Source: Candidatus Wirthbacteria bacterium (lineage in GTDB: Bacteria; Patescibacteriota; CG2-30-54-11). From it: a stretch of 64,000 bases of DNA. The notes beneath the pieces were generated by a model, which was not told the origin of the DNA, ran no database searches, and saw only the letters and a list, made by a program, of their open reading frames with translations. The stretch spans positions 80,096 through 144,095 of the forward strand of contig CAISZI010000047.1 of the NCBI GenBank assembly GCA_903889905.1, given 5' to 3'. Below are positions 18,962 to 28,700 of this stretch, piece by piece. The stretch's first letter is position 1. Each line of letters begins with the position of its first letter. A program made the translations under genes and the position numbers.

Positions 18962-19357
18962 ATGGACATCTATTTTACGGGCAAGGGCCAGCAGGTTTTT
19001 GCTGATTTCAAAGGCTTTACCATCCAAACCGACCAGAGCGCCGCTGCTGGGGGAACGGGGATAGCCCCCAATCCATTCCAGCTTTTCCTGGTGTCGATAG
19101 GCACTTGCGCTGGCTACTACGTGCTGCAGTTTTGCCAGGAACGTGGGATCGATGTAAGTGACATTCGCCTGCACGCCGACTTTGAACGGGACAGCATCAC
19201 CAACCTGACCACCAAGATCAGCATCAGCATTCAACTTCCATCTTCTTTTCCTGCCAAATACAAAACTGCATTAGAACGTGCCGCAAACCAGTGCACGGTC
19301 AAAAAGCATCTCGTTCATCCACCCGAAATTCTGATCCAGGCCAAACTCGCCGAATAA
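18962..19357 (+). CDS. OsmC-family protein
   Basis: TDQS...GG...APNPFQLFL.SIGTC and CTVKKHL (two Cys). Confidence 0.88.
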   Translation: MDIYFTGKGQQVFADFKGFTIQTDQSAAAGGTGIAPNPFQLFLVSIGTCAGYYVLQFCQERGIDVSDIRLHADFERDSITNLTTKISISIQLPSSFPAKYKTALERAANQCTVKKHLVHPPEILIQAKLAE

Positions 19358-19363
19358 CCGAAA

Positions 19364-19663
19364 CTATTCCACCGACTGCGCATCCGCTTCGTCCAGACCC
19401 CAAAGGTGCGCGAATTCGTGTTTGGTGATGCGGTAAAGTTCGTCATAAGTCACGCTGTGGATATTGCGCAGATAATAGACAATTTTGGTGGGTACGCCAC
19501 CCCCGCGTGTCGTAGTTGCCAGGACGATATGACGGCCACTTACGGGCGCTGCTTCAGTATCCAGCTCGATCACGTAATTGTCGGCACGCTTAAACCAGGA
19601 TTCCTGCTGCAATGCAGCATAAACCTGATCTAACACCAGCTGAAAATCTTCAAGTCTAACCAT
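19364..19663 (-). CDS. Minimal zincin (Zincin_1/DUF1025-like) metallopeptidase
   Basis: PTKIVYY...HEFAHLWGLDE. SD aaagga before ATG 19663. Confidence 0.75.
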   Translation of the reverse strand: MVRLEDFQLVLDQVYAALQQESWFKRADNYVIELDTEAAPVSGRHIVLATTTRGGGVPTKIVYYLRNIHSVTYDELYRITKHEFAHLWGLDEADAQSVE

Positions 19664-19791
19664 CGTTGTCCTTTGATGCGTGACGATTGAATTATAGCAG
19701 AAGCATCGTGCAAGGTTTTCACGCTGCCTTGCTTTAAAATTCCATTTGCGGCAAAATTGCACTCGCTTGTTGCTCCACTTGAAAGCTAACC

Positions 19792-20799
19792 ATGTCATTT
19801 ACCAAACGTTATGTCTCTGGCCTCAATCCCAGCTCCGCCAAAGGATTACACCTGGGCAATTACCTGGGCGCCGTCAAACAGCATGTCGAATTCCAGGACC
19901 AGGGTGAAGGCTTTTTCTTTATTGCCAACCTGCACGCTCTCAATTCCATTTTTGACCGTGCAACCTTTGACACCAATACGCACAACACCTACCTCGATTT
20001 CCTGGCGCTCGGGCTGGATCCGGCGAAATGCACGTTCTATATCGAATCCGACATTCCGGCCATACCCTATCTCCAAACAATTTTGAACAACTGTGTCACG
20101 GTTGGCGAAATGAAGCGTATGCACGCCTACAAAGACAAACTCCAAGGTGACACCGATCCCGACACCATCAACATGGGGCTGTTTAACTACCCGATTTTGA
20201 TGGCCGCCGATATTCTGGTCTTCAACCCCGACAGTGTGCCCGTGGGCAAAGACCAGCAGCAGCATGTTGAAATTTGCCGCGAGATGGCCAAGACGTTCAA
20301 TAACCGCTATGGCAAAACGTTTAAAGAACCCGAAGCGTATATCAAAAAAGAAGCCGCTGCCGTGCTTGGCACCGACGGCGAACGCAAAATGTCCAAAACC
20401 CTGGGCAATGACATCACGATTTTTGCCGACGAAAAAGTAATATACAAACAGGTCATGGGCACGATCACCGACCGCAATCGCATTCACCCCACCGACCCGG
20501 GCGACCCGGCCAAAAACGTGCTGTTCAGTTACATGCGCTTTCTCAATTTCGATGCTGCCAAACTTGCTGACTACGAAGCCAAATATCGCGCCGGCACCAT
20601 CGGCGACGTACAGATCAAAAAAGACTTCTACGAACATTTTCTCAATTATTTTGCTGCCCAGCGACAAAAACGTGCCGAACTGGTTGCCAACCCCGACTAT
20701 GTCACCAAAGTGCGCGCTGAAGCCGCCGCCCAAGCCAACGCCATCGCCAACCAGATGCTGGAACGGGTCAAGCTGGCCGTGGGCATAAAGTCGGCATAA
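19792..20799 (+). CDS. trpS: Tryptophanyl-tRNA synthetase
   Basis: LHLGNYLGA, YPILMAADIL, VPVGKDQQQH and KMSKT motifs. Confidence 0.97.
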   Translation: MSFTKRYVSGLNPSSAKGLHLGNYLGAVKQHVEFQDQGEGFFFIANLHALNSIFDRATFDTNTHNTYLDFLALGLDPAKCTFYIESDIPAIPYLQTILNNCVTVGEMKRMHAYKDKLQGDTDPDTINMGLFNYPILMAADILVFNPDSVPVGKDQQQHVEICREMAKTFNNRYGKTFKEPEAYIKKEAAAVLGTDGERKMSKTLGNDITIFADEKVIYKQVMGTITDRNRIHPTDPGDPAKNVLFSYMRFLNFDAAKLADYEAKYRAGTIGDVQIKKDFYEHFLNYFAAQRQKRAELVANPDYVTKVRAEAAAQANAIANQMLERVKLAVGIKSA

Positions 20800-20822
20800 A
20801 AACGACCAACTGGCTCAATTTT

Positions 20823-20852
20823 CTCCGTCAAGACTGACGGAGTTTGTTTTTT
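20823..20852 (+). terminator. Rho-independent terminator after trpS
   Basis: ctccgtca-agac-tgacggag followed by tttgtttttt. Confidence 0.8.
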
Positions 20853-20894
20853 GTGTTAAAATTATACCCTTTGCTTATTATTTCCAAGGTGCCT

Positions 20895-23800
20895 ATGCAA
20901 CGGTTACGCTGGTTTGTCCTGATGGTTATCGCCACGCTGTTGACGACGACAATGCCCGCAATGACAGTCAAGGCGGCAACTACCCCTAGCCCGATCAATA
21001 TCATCAAACCACTCCCTATTGCCGACACTCCCCTGACCGGTCTGATCGTCAAACTCAAAGACGGCATCGCTGAAAGCTATCTGCAGAACCTGATTACTCC
21101 CCCCAAAACGACTTTGCCCGTGACGACCGCAAAAAAGACACTTGCAACCACGCAACCCATTATCAAAGTAAGCACTGCAAGTTTGACACGCTTGTACAAC
21201 ATTGGTAGTGATGGAACGAAAAACCCCGCCACAATCAGCCCACCCAGACTTTATCTGATCAACACAGACACCACCACGGCAGACGTTCTTAGCAAAACCC
21301 TGCTCAGTGATGGTAAGGTGGATTATGTCGAAAAAAATCTGACTCGCTCCACCTCTGCCGAGCCCAATGACCCTTATTTTAGCCAGCAGTGGGCTCTCAA
21401 CAATTCCGGTCAAAATTTCGGTACTGCGGGCGCAGACATTCAGGCCATCAATGCCTGGACCCTGCAACCCGCAAAAACGCCTATTACCGTGGCAGTGCTC
21501 GATACCGGCGCTGACCTGGCACACGAAGACCTGGTCGGCAATTTCTGGACTAATAACAAAGAAATTCCCGGCAATGGCATCGATGATGATGGCAATGGCT
21601 ATGTCGACGACACGCTGGGATGGAACTTTGTCAGCAACAACAATCAACCCGTCGACGGCAGTGGCCATGGCACCCACGTCAGCGGCATTATCGCAGCCAC
21701 CCGCGACAACAACAAAGGGATTGCCGGCATTTGTGGCAACGACGCAGCGCTTGGTATCAGTGGCTGCAAACTGATGGAACTCAAGGTGTGTAATGACAAC
21801 AATAGCTGCAATTATTGGGACATCATCCGGGGTATTGTGTATGCCGTCGACAATGGCGCTCAAGTCATCAACCTGAGTTTGGGTTCTACGGCTTACTCAC
21901 AATCTGAACAGGACGCCATTACTTATGCCTGGAACCGTGGGGTTGTGGTGGTCGCCGCAGCAGGCAATAACAGCACGAACACCCGCGTTTATCCGGCGGC
22001 CAATGATCATGTACTGGCGGTCGCCGCAACCGACAATGGCGACAATCCGGCTTATTTTTCCAGTTATGGTGACTGGGTGGATCTGGCGGCGCCTGGGGAT
22101 ACCATCCTCAGCACGACGTTAAATAACGGCTACCGGACCTTGAGCGGGACGTCCATGGCCTCGCCGCATGTGGCGGCGGTTGCTGCCCTGGCCAAAATGC
22201 AGCATCCCTCCTGGACCAATGACCAGATCGCGACTTTGCTGCAATCTTCTGCAACTTCCATCGACAATCACTATATGACCTATGCCGGCCTAATCGGAAC
22301 AGGTCGCGTGAGTGCCTATGCAGCACTGGCCAACGACAACCTCATGACCTCACAATTGCTTACGCCACTTCTCTATGGAACTTACAACGGAGCACAGATA
22401 AATATCGTCGGCAGTGTTACCAACTGGAGTGAGACGGGTACAACCTCTCAGCTGCGGTGGAATCTAGAATTCGCCAGCGCCAACTCTCCGGACACATGGA
22501 CCTTCCTCACTCCACTTGCTGTTCCCCGCTTCTACCCCAACGCCGAGTTGCTCGCGACCTGGGACATCCATACGCTGGTGGACGGCAGGTACTACCTTCG
22601 TTTTACTGCCAACACGTACTCCTCGATGAAACGCCCTTTTCCCGCCGGCGAGCTACTCTATCCCTTTCGCCAATTGGTCAAAATCATCCCCATTAACATT
22701 GATCACACCTCGCCCGTGGTCCAACAACCAGGCTGGCCCCAAAACACCACGGGTAGCAGCATCTTTTCATCGCCACTGATCACTGACCTGGACGTTCCCG
22801 GCACCTCTTTCAATGGCCAGGAAGTCATTGCCGGCGACATTGGCGGCAACCTGTATGTCTGGAATGTCGACGGCTCAATACGCAGTGGTTTTCCCAAAAG
22901 AATCAGCTCGCCCGGTGATGGTATTTATGGCGCGATCAGCGCCGCTGACATTGATGGCGACGGCAAACAGGAACTGTTTGGTACCACGTTTAATGGCAAT
23001 GTCTTTGCCATACGCAATGATAGCTCACCCGTTGCTGGCTGGGAAACTCCCAAACAAATGGCCAGAATGTGGGCCGTTGCACCCATCCTGGCCGACATCA
23101 ACAATGACCACAAGCTCGAAGTCATCGTGGTCGATGGCAATGGCACACTTAATGTCTGGAAAACCGACGGCACTCTACTTTGGACCAGAACACTCGCTGG
23201 TGGAGTCATTCATTCTACCCCAGCTGTGGCAGACATCAACCGTGATGGCAACAAGGAAATAGTCATTGGCACGGCTAACAAACAACTGTTTGTGGTTAGT
23301 GGCGACGGCGTTGTGACTCAAATCGCCACAACCGCCGGCAGTGTTAATGGCGAAATTATTCTGGCTGATCTGGACCAAAACAATTCTGACCTGGAAATCA
23401 TCGTGCCTTCCAACAATTCGTCGACTGATGGCAGCGTGCAGGCCTTTGAACCAAACGGTGCTCTGCGCTGGCAAAACAACATTGCTTCTTCTCTCTACGA
23501 TTTGGCGGTAGGCAAATTGGATTCGTCCAAAACCACTTTAAGCGTCGTCACGGGTGACTTAAACGGCAAAGTTGCTGTTTGGGACGCAGCTGGCATTGGC
23601 GGCAATATCGCCACACTGGACAGCGCCATCAAATCCCAACCACTTGTCGCTGATTTCAATGGTGATGGCCAACAGGAAATTCTCGTCACCAGTTCCACCG
23701 GCAAAGTGTATGTGATGAACAAAACTGGAACCCAATTGCTCGCGCAACCCTACCCATTATCGACAGGTGTCGAAAACGCATCTCCCACGATCGGCAGTGT

Positions 23801-24185
23801 CGATCAAAACGGCAATATTGAAGTCGCTTTTGGCAGTACAGATGGCAAAGTTCAACTGCTAAGTTTCAAAGGCGCACTGACCGCAACGTCGGTTGAATGG
23901 GGAACGTACCATGGGAACAATACCCGTACCGGCGAATACAGTCATCTATCCACCCAGGCTGGCGACGCCACGCTCAATGGCACGATCAGCTCGCTCGATG
24001 CCTATTATGTCTCACAATACCTGGCCGGCTCCATGACACTCTCAGCACAAGCCTACGAAAACGGGGCAAAAATGTGGGCACCTTATGACTCCATCACCAG
24101 CGCCGACACCATGGCCATTTTGTATTGCTCAGCCAGCGGTTTGCCATACCCACGCTGTCTGGGTGGATTTGTGGCGCAAAACTAA
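20895..24185 (+). CDS. Secreted S8 subtilase with FG-GAP/VCBS propeller repeats and a C-terminal dockerin-like domain
   Basis: Signal peptide; triad VLDTG, HGTHVSG, GTSMASP; repeated P..ADxDGDG.xEI; GDATLNGTISSLDA...ITSAD. Confidence 0.92.
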   Translation: MQRLRWFVLMVIATLLTTTMPAMTVKAATTPSPINIIKPLPIADTPLTGLIVKLKDGIAESYLQNLITPPKTTLPVTTAKKTLATTQPIIKVSTASLTRLYNIGSDGTKNPATISPPRLYLINTDTTTADVLSKTLLSDGKVDYVEKNLTRSTSAEPNDPYFSQQWALNNSGQNFGTAGADIQAINAWTLQPAKTPITVAVLDTGADLAHEDLVGNFWTNNKEIPGNGIDDDGNGYVDDTLGWNFVSNNNQPVDGSGHGTHVSGIIAATRDNNKGIAGICGNDAALGISGCKLMELKVCNDNNSCNYWDIIRGIVYAVDNGAQVINLSLGSTAYSQSEQDAITYAWNRGVVVVAAAGNNSTNTRVYPAANDHVLAVAATDNGDNPAYFSSYGDWVDLAAPGDTILSTTLNNGYRTLSGTSMASPHVAAVAALAKMQHPSWTNDQIATLLQSSATSIDNHYMTYAGLIGTGRVSAYAALANDNLMTSQLLTPLLYGTYNGAQINIVGSVTNWSETGTTSQLRWNLEFASANSPDTWTFLTPLAVPRFYPNAELLATWDIHTLVDGRYYLRFTANTYSSMKRPFPAGELLYPFRQLVKIIPINIDHTSPVVQQPGWPQNTTGSSIFSSPLITDLDVPGTSFNGQEVIAGDIGGNLYVWNVDGSIRSGFPKRISSPGDGIYGAISAADIDGDGKQELFGTTFNGNVFAIRNDSSPVAGWETPKQMARMWAVAPILADINNDHKLEVIVVDGNGTLNVWKTDGTLLWTRTLAGGVIHSTPAVADINRDGNKEIVIGTANKQLFVVSGDGVVTQIATTAGSVNGEIILADLDQNNSDLEIIVPSNNSSTDGSVQAFEPNGALRWQNNIASSLYDLAVGKLDSSKTTLSVVTGDLNGKVAVWDAAGIGGNIATLDSAIKSQPLVADFNGDGQQEILVTSSTGKVYVMNKTGTQLLAQPYPLSTGVENASPTIGSVDQNGNIEVAFGSTDGKVQLLSFKGALTATSVEWGTYHGNNTRTGEYSHLSTQAGDATLNGTISSLDAYYVSQYLAGSMTLSAQAYENGAKMWAPYDSITSADTMAILYCSASGLPYPRCLGGFVAQN

Positions 24186-24197
24186 TCCGTTTCTACT

Positions 24198-24635
24198 TCA
24201 GGGCTCTCCTTGGCTAACTTTACTGATACAAATTGACTGTTTGCTATCAAATTTATAATACCAGTCACCACCACTGTAATTGGTCAGTGATCTTATTTTG
24301 CCACCCAGAACTTGGCAGGCCAATGGATTGGTGATGAAACAGCCTTGTGCATAGCCTGAATCGTGCGGCCCAAAATCTCCAACATCATAGTAATAGTTCC
24401 GTCTTGTTCCACCCAACAAACTGCAGAACATGGAGTTGGTACTGCCGAGTTTGTTTTGATAAACCCCACCTGCTTCATTAATATTTTTCAGCAGCACGAA
24501 GACACAACCGGCGGCAAGAATCAGCACAACAGCAACTATTATAATGATCTTGATATGGCGCTTTATCCAGAAAATCACCATTTTGATTATGGAAAACAAA
24601 TGGGCAAAAGTTGGAAATGTTTCTTTGATTTACAT
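24198..24635 (-). pseudogene. Small Cys-rich membrane protein (cassette D) with an in-frame TAA at codon 2; may reinitiate at TTG 24599
   Basis: aaggtg-SD...ATG TAA ATC AAA GAA ACA TTT CCA ACT TTT, versus paralog MSVKEIFPTF. The rest of the frame is intact. Confidence 0.65.
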
Positions 24636-24660
24636 TGCAAATCACCTTAAACTTATAAGC

Positions 24661-25086
24661 CTAGAATCTAACTCCATTACAAGAATCTGCCGCATTTTGA
24701 GTCTGACAAATTGGTTTATTTGAAGTGCCTTGGAACTCATCGCCGCACGTTTTTGGTACTAATTTTCCACCTGCTATAAAACAAGTATCAGGTGAAGTAA
24801 CAAAACAAGTACTTTTGAAATTGTTGTATTTGTCTTGAGGTGGCAGCAAGATAGTTCTATATTCGCCACCGATAACAGCGCATGTTAATGAATTATTGAT
24901 TAAACTTGAATTATAAGTAAATATTGAGGAATAATTTCCAAGCGTCGTTGATTCCCCAACCAATCCATAACGAAACAAAAAGTACATGCCTAAAACTAAA
25001 ATTATTACAATCCGATTGATCCGTAACTTTCGCCAATTTACGATGAAAGAATGATAGAAACTCGACATCGTTTCTTTGAATGCCAT
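24661..25086 (-). CDS. Small Cys-rich membrane protein (cassette C)
   Basis: MAFKETMSSF, TM, then C-x3-GG...CF...P-x2-C-x3-GGK. AT-rich. Confidence 0.8.
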   Translation of the reverse strand: MAFKETMSSFYHSFIVNWRKLRINRIVIILVLGMYFLFRYGLVGESTTLGNYSSIFTYNSSLINNSLTCAVIGGEYRTILLPPQDKYNNFKSTCFVTSPDTCFIAGGKLVPKTCGDEFQGTSNKPICQTQNAADSCNGVRF

Positions 25087-25091
25087 GTTTA

Positions 25092-25159
25092 TTTACCTTT
25101 AAAAAAAATTGGCACGACTTTATAATTCAGTTGCAAATCCGTGTAATTCCCACTCGGCT
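25092..25159 (-). repeat. Orphan copy of the last ~19 codons, stop and downstream SD of the 1447-aa gene (original at 25787-25852)
   Basis: Encodes PSGNYTDLQLNYKVVPIF. Four substitutions, all synonymous, plus an A8 versus A6 run. Confidence 0.92.
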
Positions 25160-25163
25160 TCAA

Positions 25164-25586
25164 TTAATAATCGGATAAATTTCTAAAAGTGCAGACCGAT
25201 TGCATGCTGTTAAACTTAATAGATGGTCCATCGACACCTTCAGCTCGTGCTGTTATTGTAATGATTTTCCCTCCAATCATGACACAGGCTAAGGGACTTG
25301 ATATAAAACATCCATGGTCGTGAATGCTAGTATCGACGCCAGGTGTCCACCCGCCGTTAGAGGTATACTCCAAATAACTCCCACCCATAACTCCACAAAG
25401 CAACGCGCTGTGGCTGGCGAGCTTGTTGTGATAAACACCAACTAAAATATTGATATTAAGCAAGACGAAAACACAATATACAGCAATTATCAGCGTTATC
25501 TTGACCCAACGTTTCAACTGGGTAAAACTTAATATAATTTTGGTTAACAGGTTTACAAAAGTCGGAAAGATTTCCTTAACAGACAT
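25164..25586 (-). CDS. Small Cys-rich membrane protein (cassette B)
   Basis: MSVKEIFPTF, TM, GVYHNKL...CGVMGG...GCFISSPLAC..IGGKI...QSVC. Closest to cassette D. Confidence 0.8.
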   Translation of the reverse strand: MSVKEIFPTFVNLLTKIILSFTQLKRWVKITLIIAVYCVFVLLNINILVGVYHNKLASHSALLCGVMGGSYLEYTSNGGWTPGVDTSIHDHGCFISSPLACVMIGGKIITITARAEGVDGPSIKFNSMQSVCTFRNLSDY

Positions 25587-25612
25587 AGTGTTCCCTAAAA
25601 ACAATGTTAATT

Positions 25613-25781
25613 CTACAAGCTAACGGTACCACAAGTATTATAAGTTTATCCCCACAAATTCTTGGTAAGAATCCCCCCCGCAACGAGCAGTATCCTCTTG
25701 GACTTTTTGTAACTTGGCTATCAACGACTTAATTCTGGGAATTGGAACGATAAAACTCGGAAAGGCTTCTTTGATTGACAT
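25613..25781 (-). pseudogene. Decayed remnant of a cassette C paralog (cassette A)
   Basis: Starts MSIKEAFPSF and then frameshifts. Ends TCGTVSL*, matching SCNGVRF* of C. The TM and core are deleted. Confidence 0.65.
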
Positions 25782-25793
25782 AGCTTTTTACCT

Positions 25794-28700
25794 TTAAAAA
25801 ATCGGCACGACCTTATAATTCAGCTGCAAATCCGTGTAATTTCCACTCGGCTGCAGGTTGTTGGATTCAAATTTAAACGTGAGATAGGCAAAATCCTTGC
25901 CCTCGATCTCACCTGAGCTTGCGGTTCCGTTATACAGGACTTCATAAAACTGCTTGAGGTCATCAAACCCAGCCCAGGTATCAGGATTGGCAAAACGATT
26001 ATGGGTACCGGTCCCCAGTGACCCATCACTGGTGTGGTAGCCGACAAACGCCGTATCCTCACCCACGGTTGTGCCCAACGGCGAGGCCCAGGCAACGGGC
26101 GCGGCATTGGTACCGACAGTGCCATTTTTGACAAAATCCACCACCACCGACGAATTGGTCTGCAAAGCCATTTTCTGGCTGGCGCTAATGTAGACGCTAT
26201 AACCCGATTGGGCATTGGAAACAATGCTGACTTTCTCTACCGCGGTTTTGGGTACGTTGGGCAAGACCTGGGTGATGGCCACCAAACCGTTTTGCCCACT
26301 CAAATCGATCTCGCCGCGATTCGTGCCTTCCAATACCAGCGAAAGCGAAGGTTGAATCCAGGTCGTAAGCTGCGCGTTGTTGGAAAAGGGCGTTTCCAGC
26401 TCGTCGGTGTTGCGCGCTTTCACTTTGACCGTATAGGTTTCGCCTCCGCTCAAGCCGCTGAGCAAAATCCCGCCTTCGCTGCCGAAGTCAGCGTAGGACT
26501 TCCAGTCCGCAGCATGCAACGTGGTGGCCAGCGTCAAATTGGCCTGCACATAACGTGTGTCGTGCACAAAATTATCTGAGGATATTGCCACCGCGAGCAG
26601 CACGGAAGCGGGATTGCTGCCATTGTCCAAAATCACATGCATTTTGGTGTAGTCACCATTACTGAGTATGGGTGCTCCCGGCGTGTTGGCGGCCGTATAA
26701 CGACTCAAAACGCTGCTGTATGCGGAATTCCCCGCGCCGTTCTGGGCTCGAATTTTGTAAACATGAAACGTATTGGGCAGCAGGCTGGTGTGGGCAAATG
26801 TGGTCACATTGGCGGCGGGTGCGTTGAGTTGAGTAAACATGCTGCCGTCCGTGGAATGTTGCAAATCGAAACTGTCTTCCTGGGATTGGCCACTGGCGTT
26901 GTCGGTCCAGCTGAGGCTGATCGCCGTTGGCGTGATCGACGTTGCAACCAGCAAACTAGGAGCCGCAGGGCTGTCCTGCATACCAAAAGCTGCGGGAGAA
27001 CTCCAGACCCCGGTATTGCCTTCCGCATCCCAAAAGCGAAGACGATAATAATACGTAACATTGCCATCATTGGTCGTCAGGCTTTGCAAAGGTGTGCTGC
27101 CAAAGCTGCCATAGACCAGATTGGAGTTGCGGCTGCCGATGTTGACGGATGCAATTGCTGTGCCACTTGCGCCACTGTCCCAGTGCGTAATTGAACCAAA
27201 AGAATTGTCGGTTGAAACCTGTATTTCGGCTTTGGTCGCGGTGTCACCACTGTCGGCATCCTGGTAGACTGCGCTAAAAGCGGGTGTGCTGCTGGTCAAA
27301 CTGATCGGGTTGGCACGACCGGTTTGAGCCGAAGTATTGTCGACATAGAGCGTTGTCGGCGCTGCTGGCGCGTTTTGGTAATCCAATGTAATCGAACTCA
27401 ATTGTGGCGAAGGACCCGTAAAATAGGTGCGAAAAGCAAAGGCACCGCTGCCGACTTCACTGACAAAACTGCTCACATTACTGTTCACTGTACTGGCATC
27501 ATTGCCAATCAGGCCATTGGGAGCCACCACCCAGGCGTTGCCTTGATGCATGTACCAGGTGCTGCCACCATCATTGGAAAGTTGGTAAGTCAGCAACCCG
27601 TTATGTCCACCACCGGTTACTTCGTCAAAGCCAACCAGTTTGGTAAAAATGGGTCGATATGTGGCATTGGAAATCGTCGGCACAAATTCGCTGCGACTGA
27701 TGTTTTTGGCATTCACCAACGCAGCAATCTGACCGGAATTAAATGGCGCGTCAGCAATGCGGACTTCGGCGATCACGGCATCGGCTTGATTTTGGTCACT
27801 TATATCCGCGCCCACATGAATCGTACTCCCCAACGATGGCGGATTAAAACCACCGCTGACTGCTCCGGCCACCCCATTGACATAAAGCTGCATGTCACCA
27901 CTCCCCCAATTGGCCACCACCTGGTACCATTTCCCTGGCACCCATACCGACACATCAAACGTGGCGTCATGTACTCCGTCGTTCAAGGTCAACTGTCCCG
28001 CGCTGGATTTGAAGAGTTTGAATTGACCGACGCTCGTGTCAAGTGTGAATAACGCATGTTCAACCCCATCAGTGCCACGCCAAAGTGGTTCCACCCACAA
28101 ACTGAGGCTGCCCGCCGCTGCCTGCACATGACCAGTGGTCAAAAAATGCAACACGTCGTCGCTCCGGGTACTGGTACTGTTGTTGGCCGAACCGGTCCAG
28201 GCGTAACCCGTTCCCAGCGAACCATCACAATAACTGGTGCTGGCCTGGTTGGCCTCAACCTGGAAACCATCAAGATAGAGATGCTGCCCGGCTTTGACCG
28301 CCACCCCAAAATCTTTGACGGCAAGGCTGGCACTCACATTTTCGGCTGCCAATCGCCACCAGCCCCCGCCCAAATTTTGATATATTGTCGTGACCGTCGC
28401 ATTATCATAATAAAGTTCGGCTACACTATTCGTCACTGTTCCACCCAGACTACCTGATGTGGCATTGTAAACAAAGGCCGACAGACTGACCGTGCTGGCG
28501 CCAGGATTCAGAGCCGTCGTATAGGTGCCGTCCGCATACAGATAAGTGTTGTCCAATTTGACCGAATGCGCCCCAAAGCGGGCAAAACTGACACTGCTGT
28601 TGTTACTCGCCGAAAGTCCGGATGACGACCAATGACTGTTGTAGGTGCCCGCCTCAAAGGACGGATTTAATACCAGATTGCTGGTGCCGCGCTCAATCAC

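Noticed and set aside
25092-25852. Tail duplication as a DGR template/variable repeat pair
   Set aside because: The differences are synonymous, one goes against adenine-specific mutagenesis, and no reverse transcriptase is in the window.
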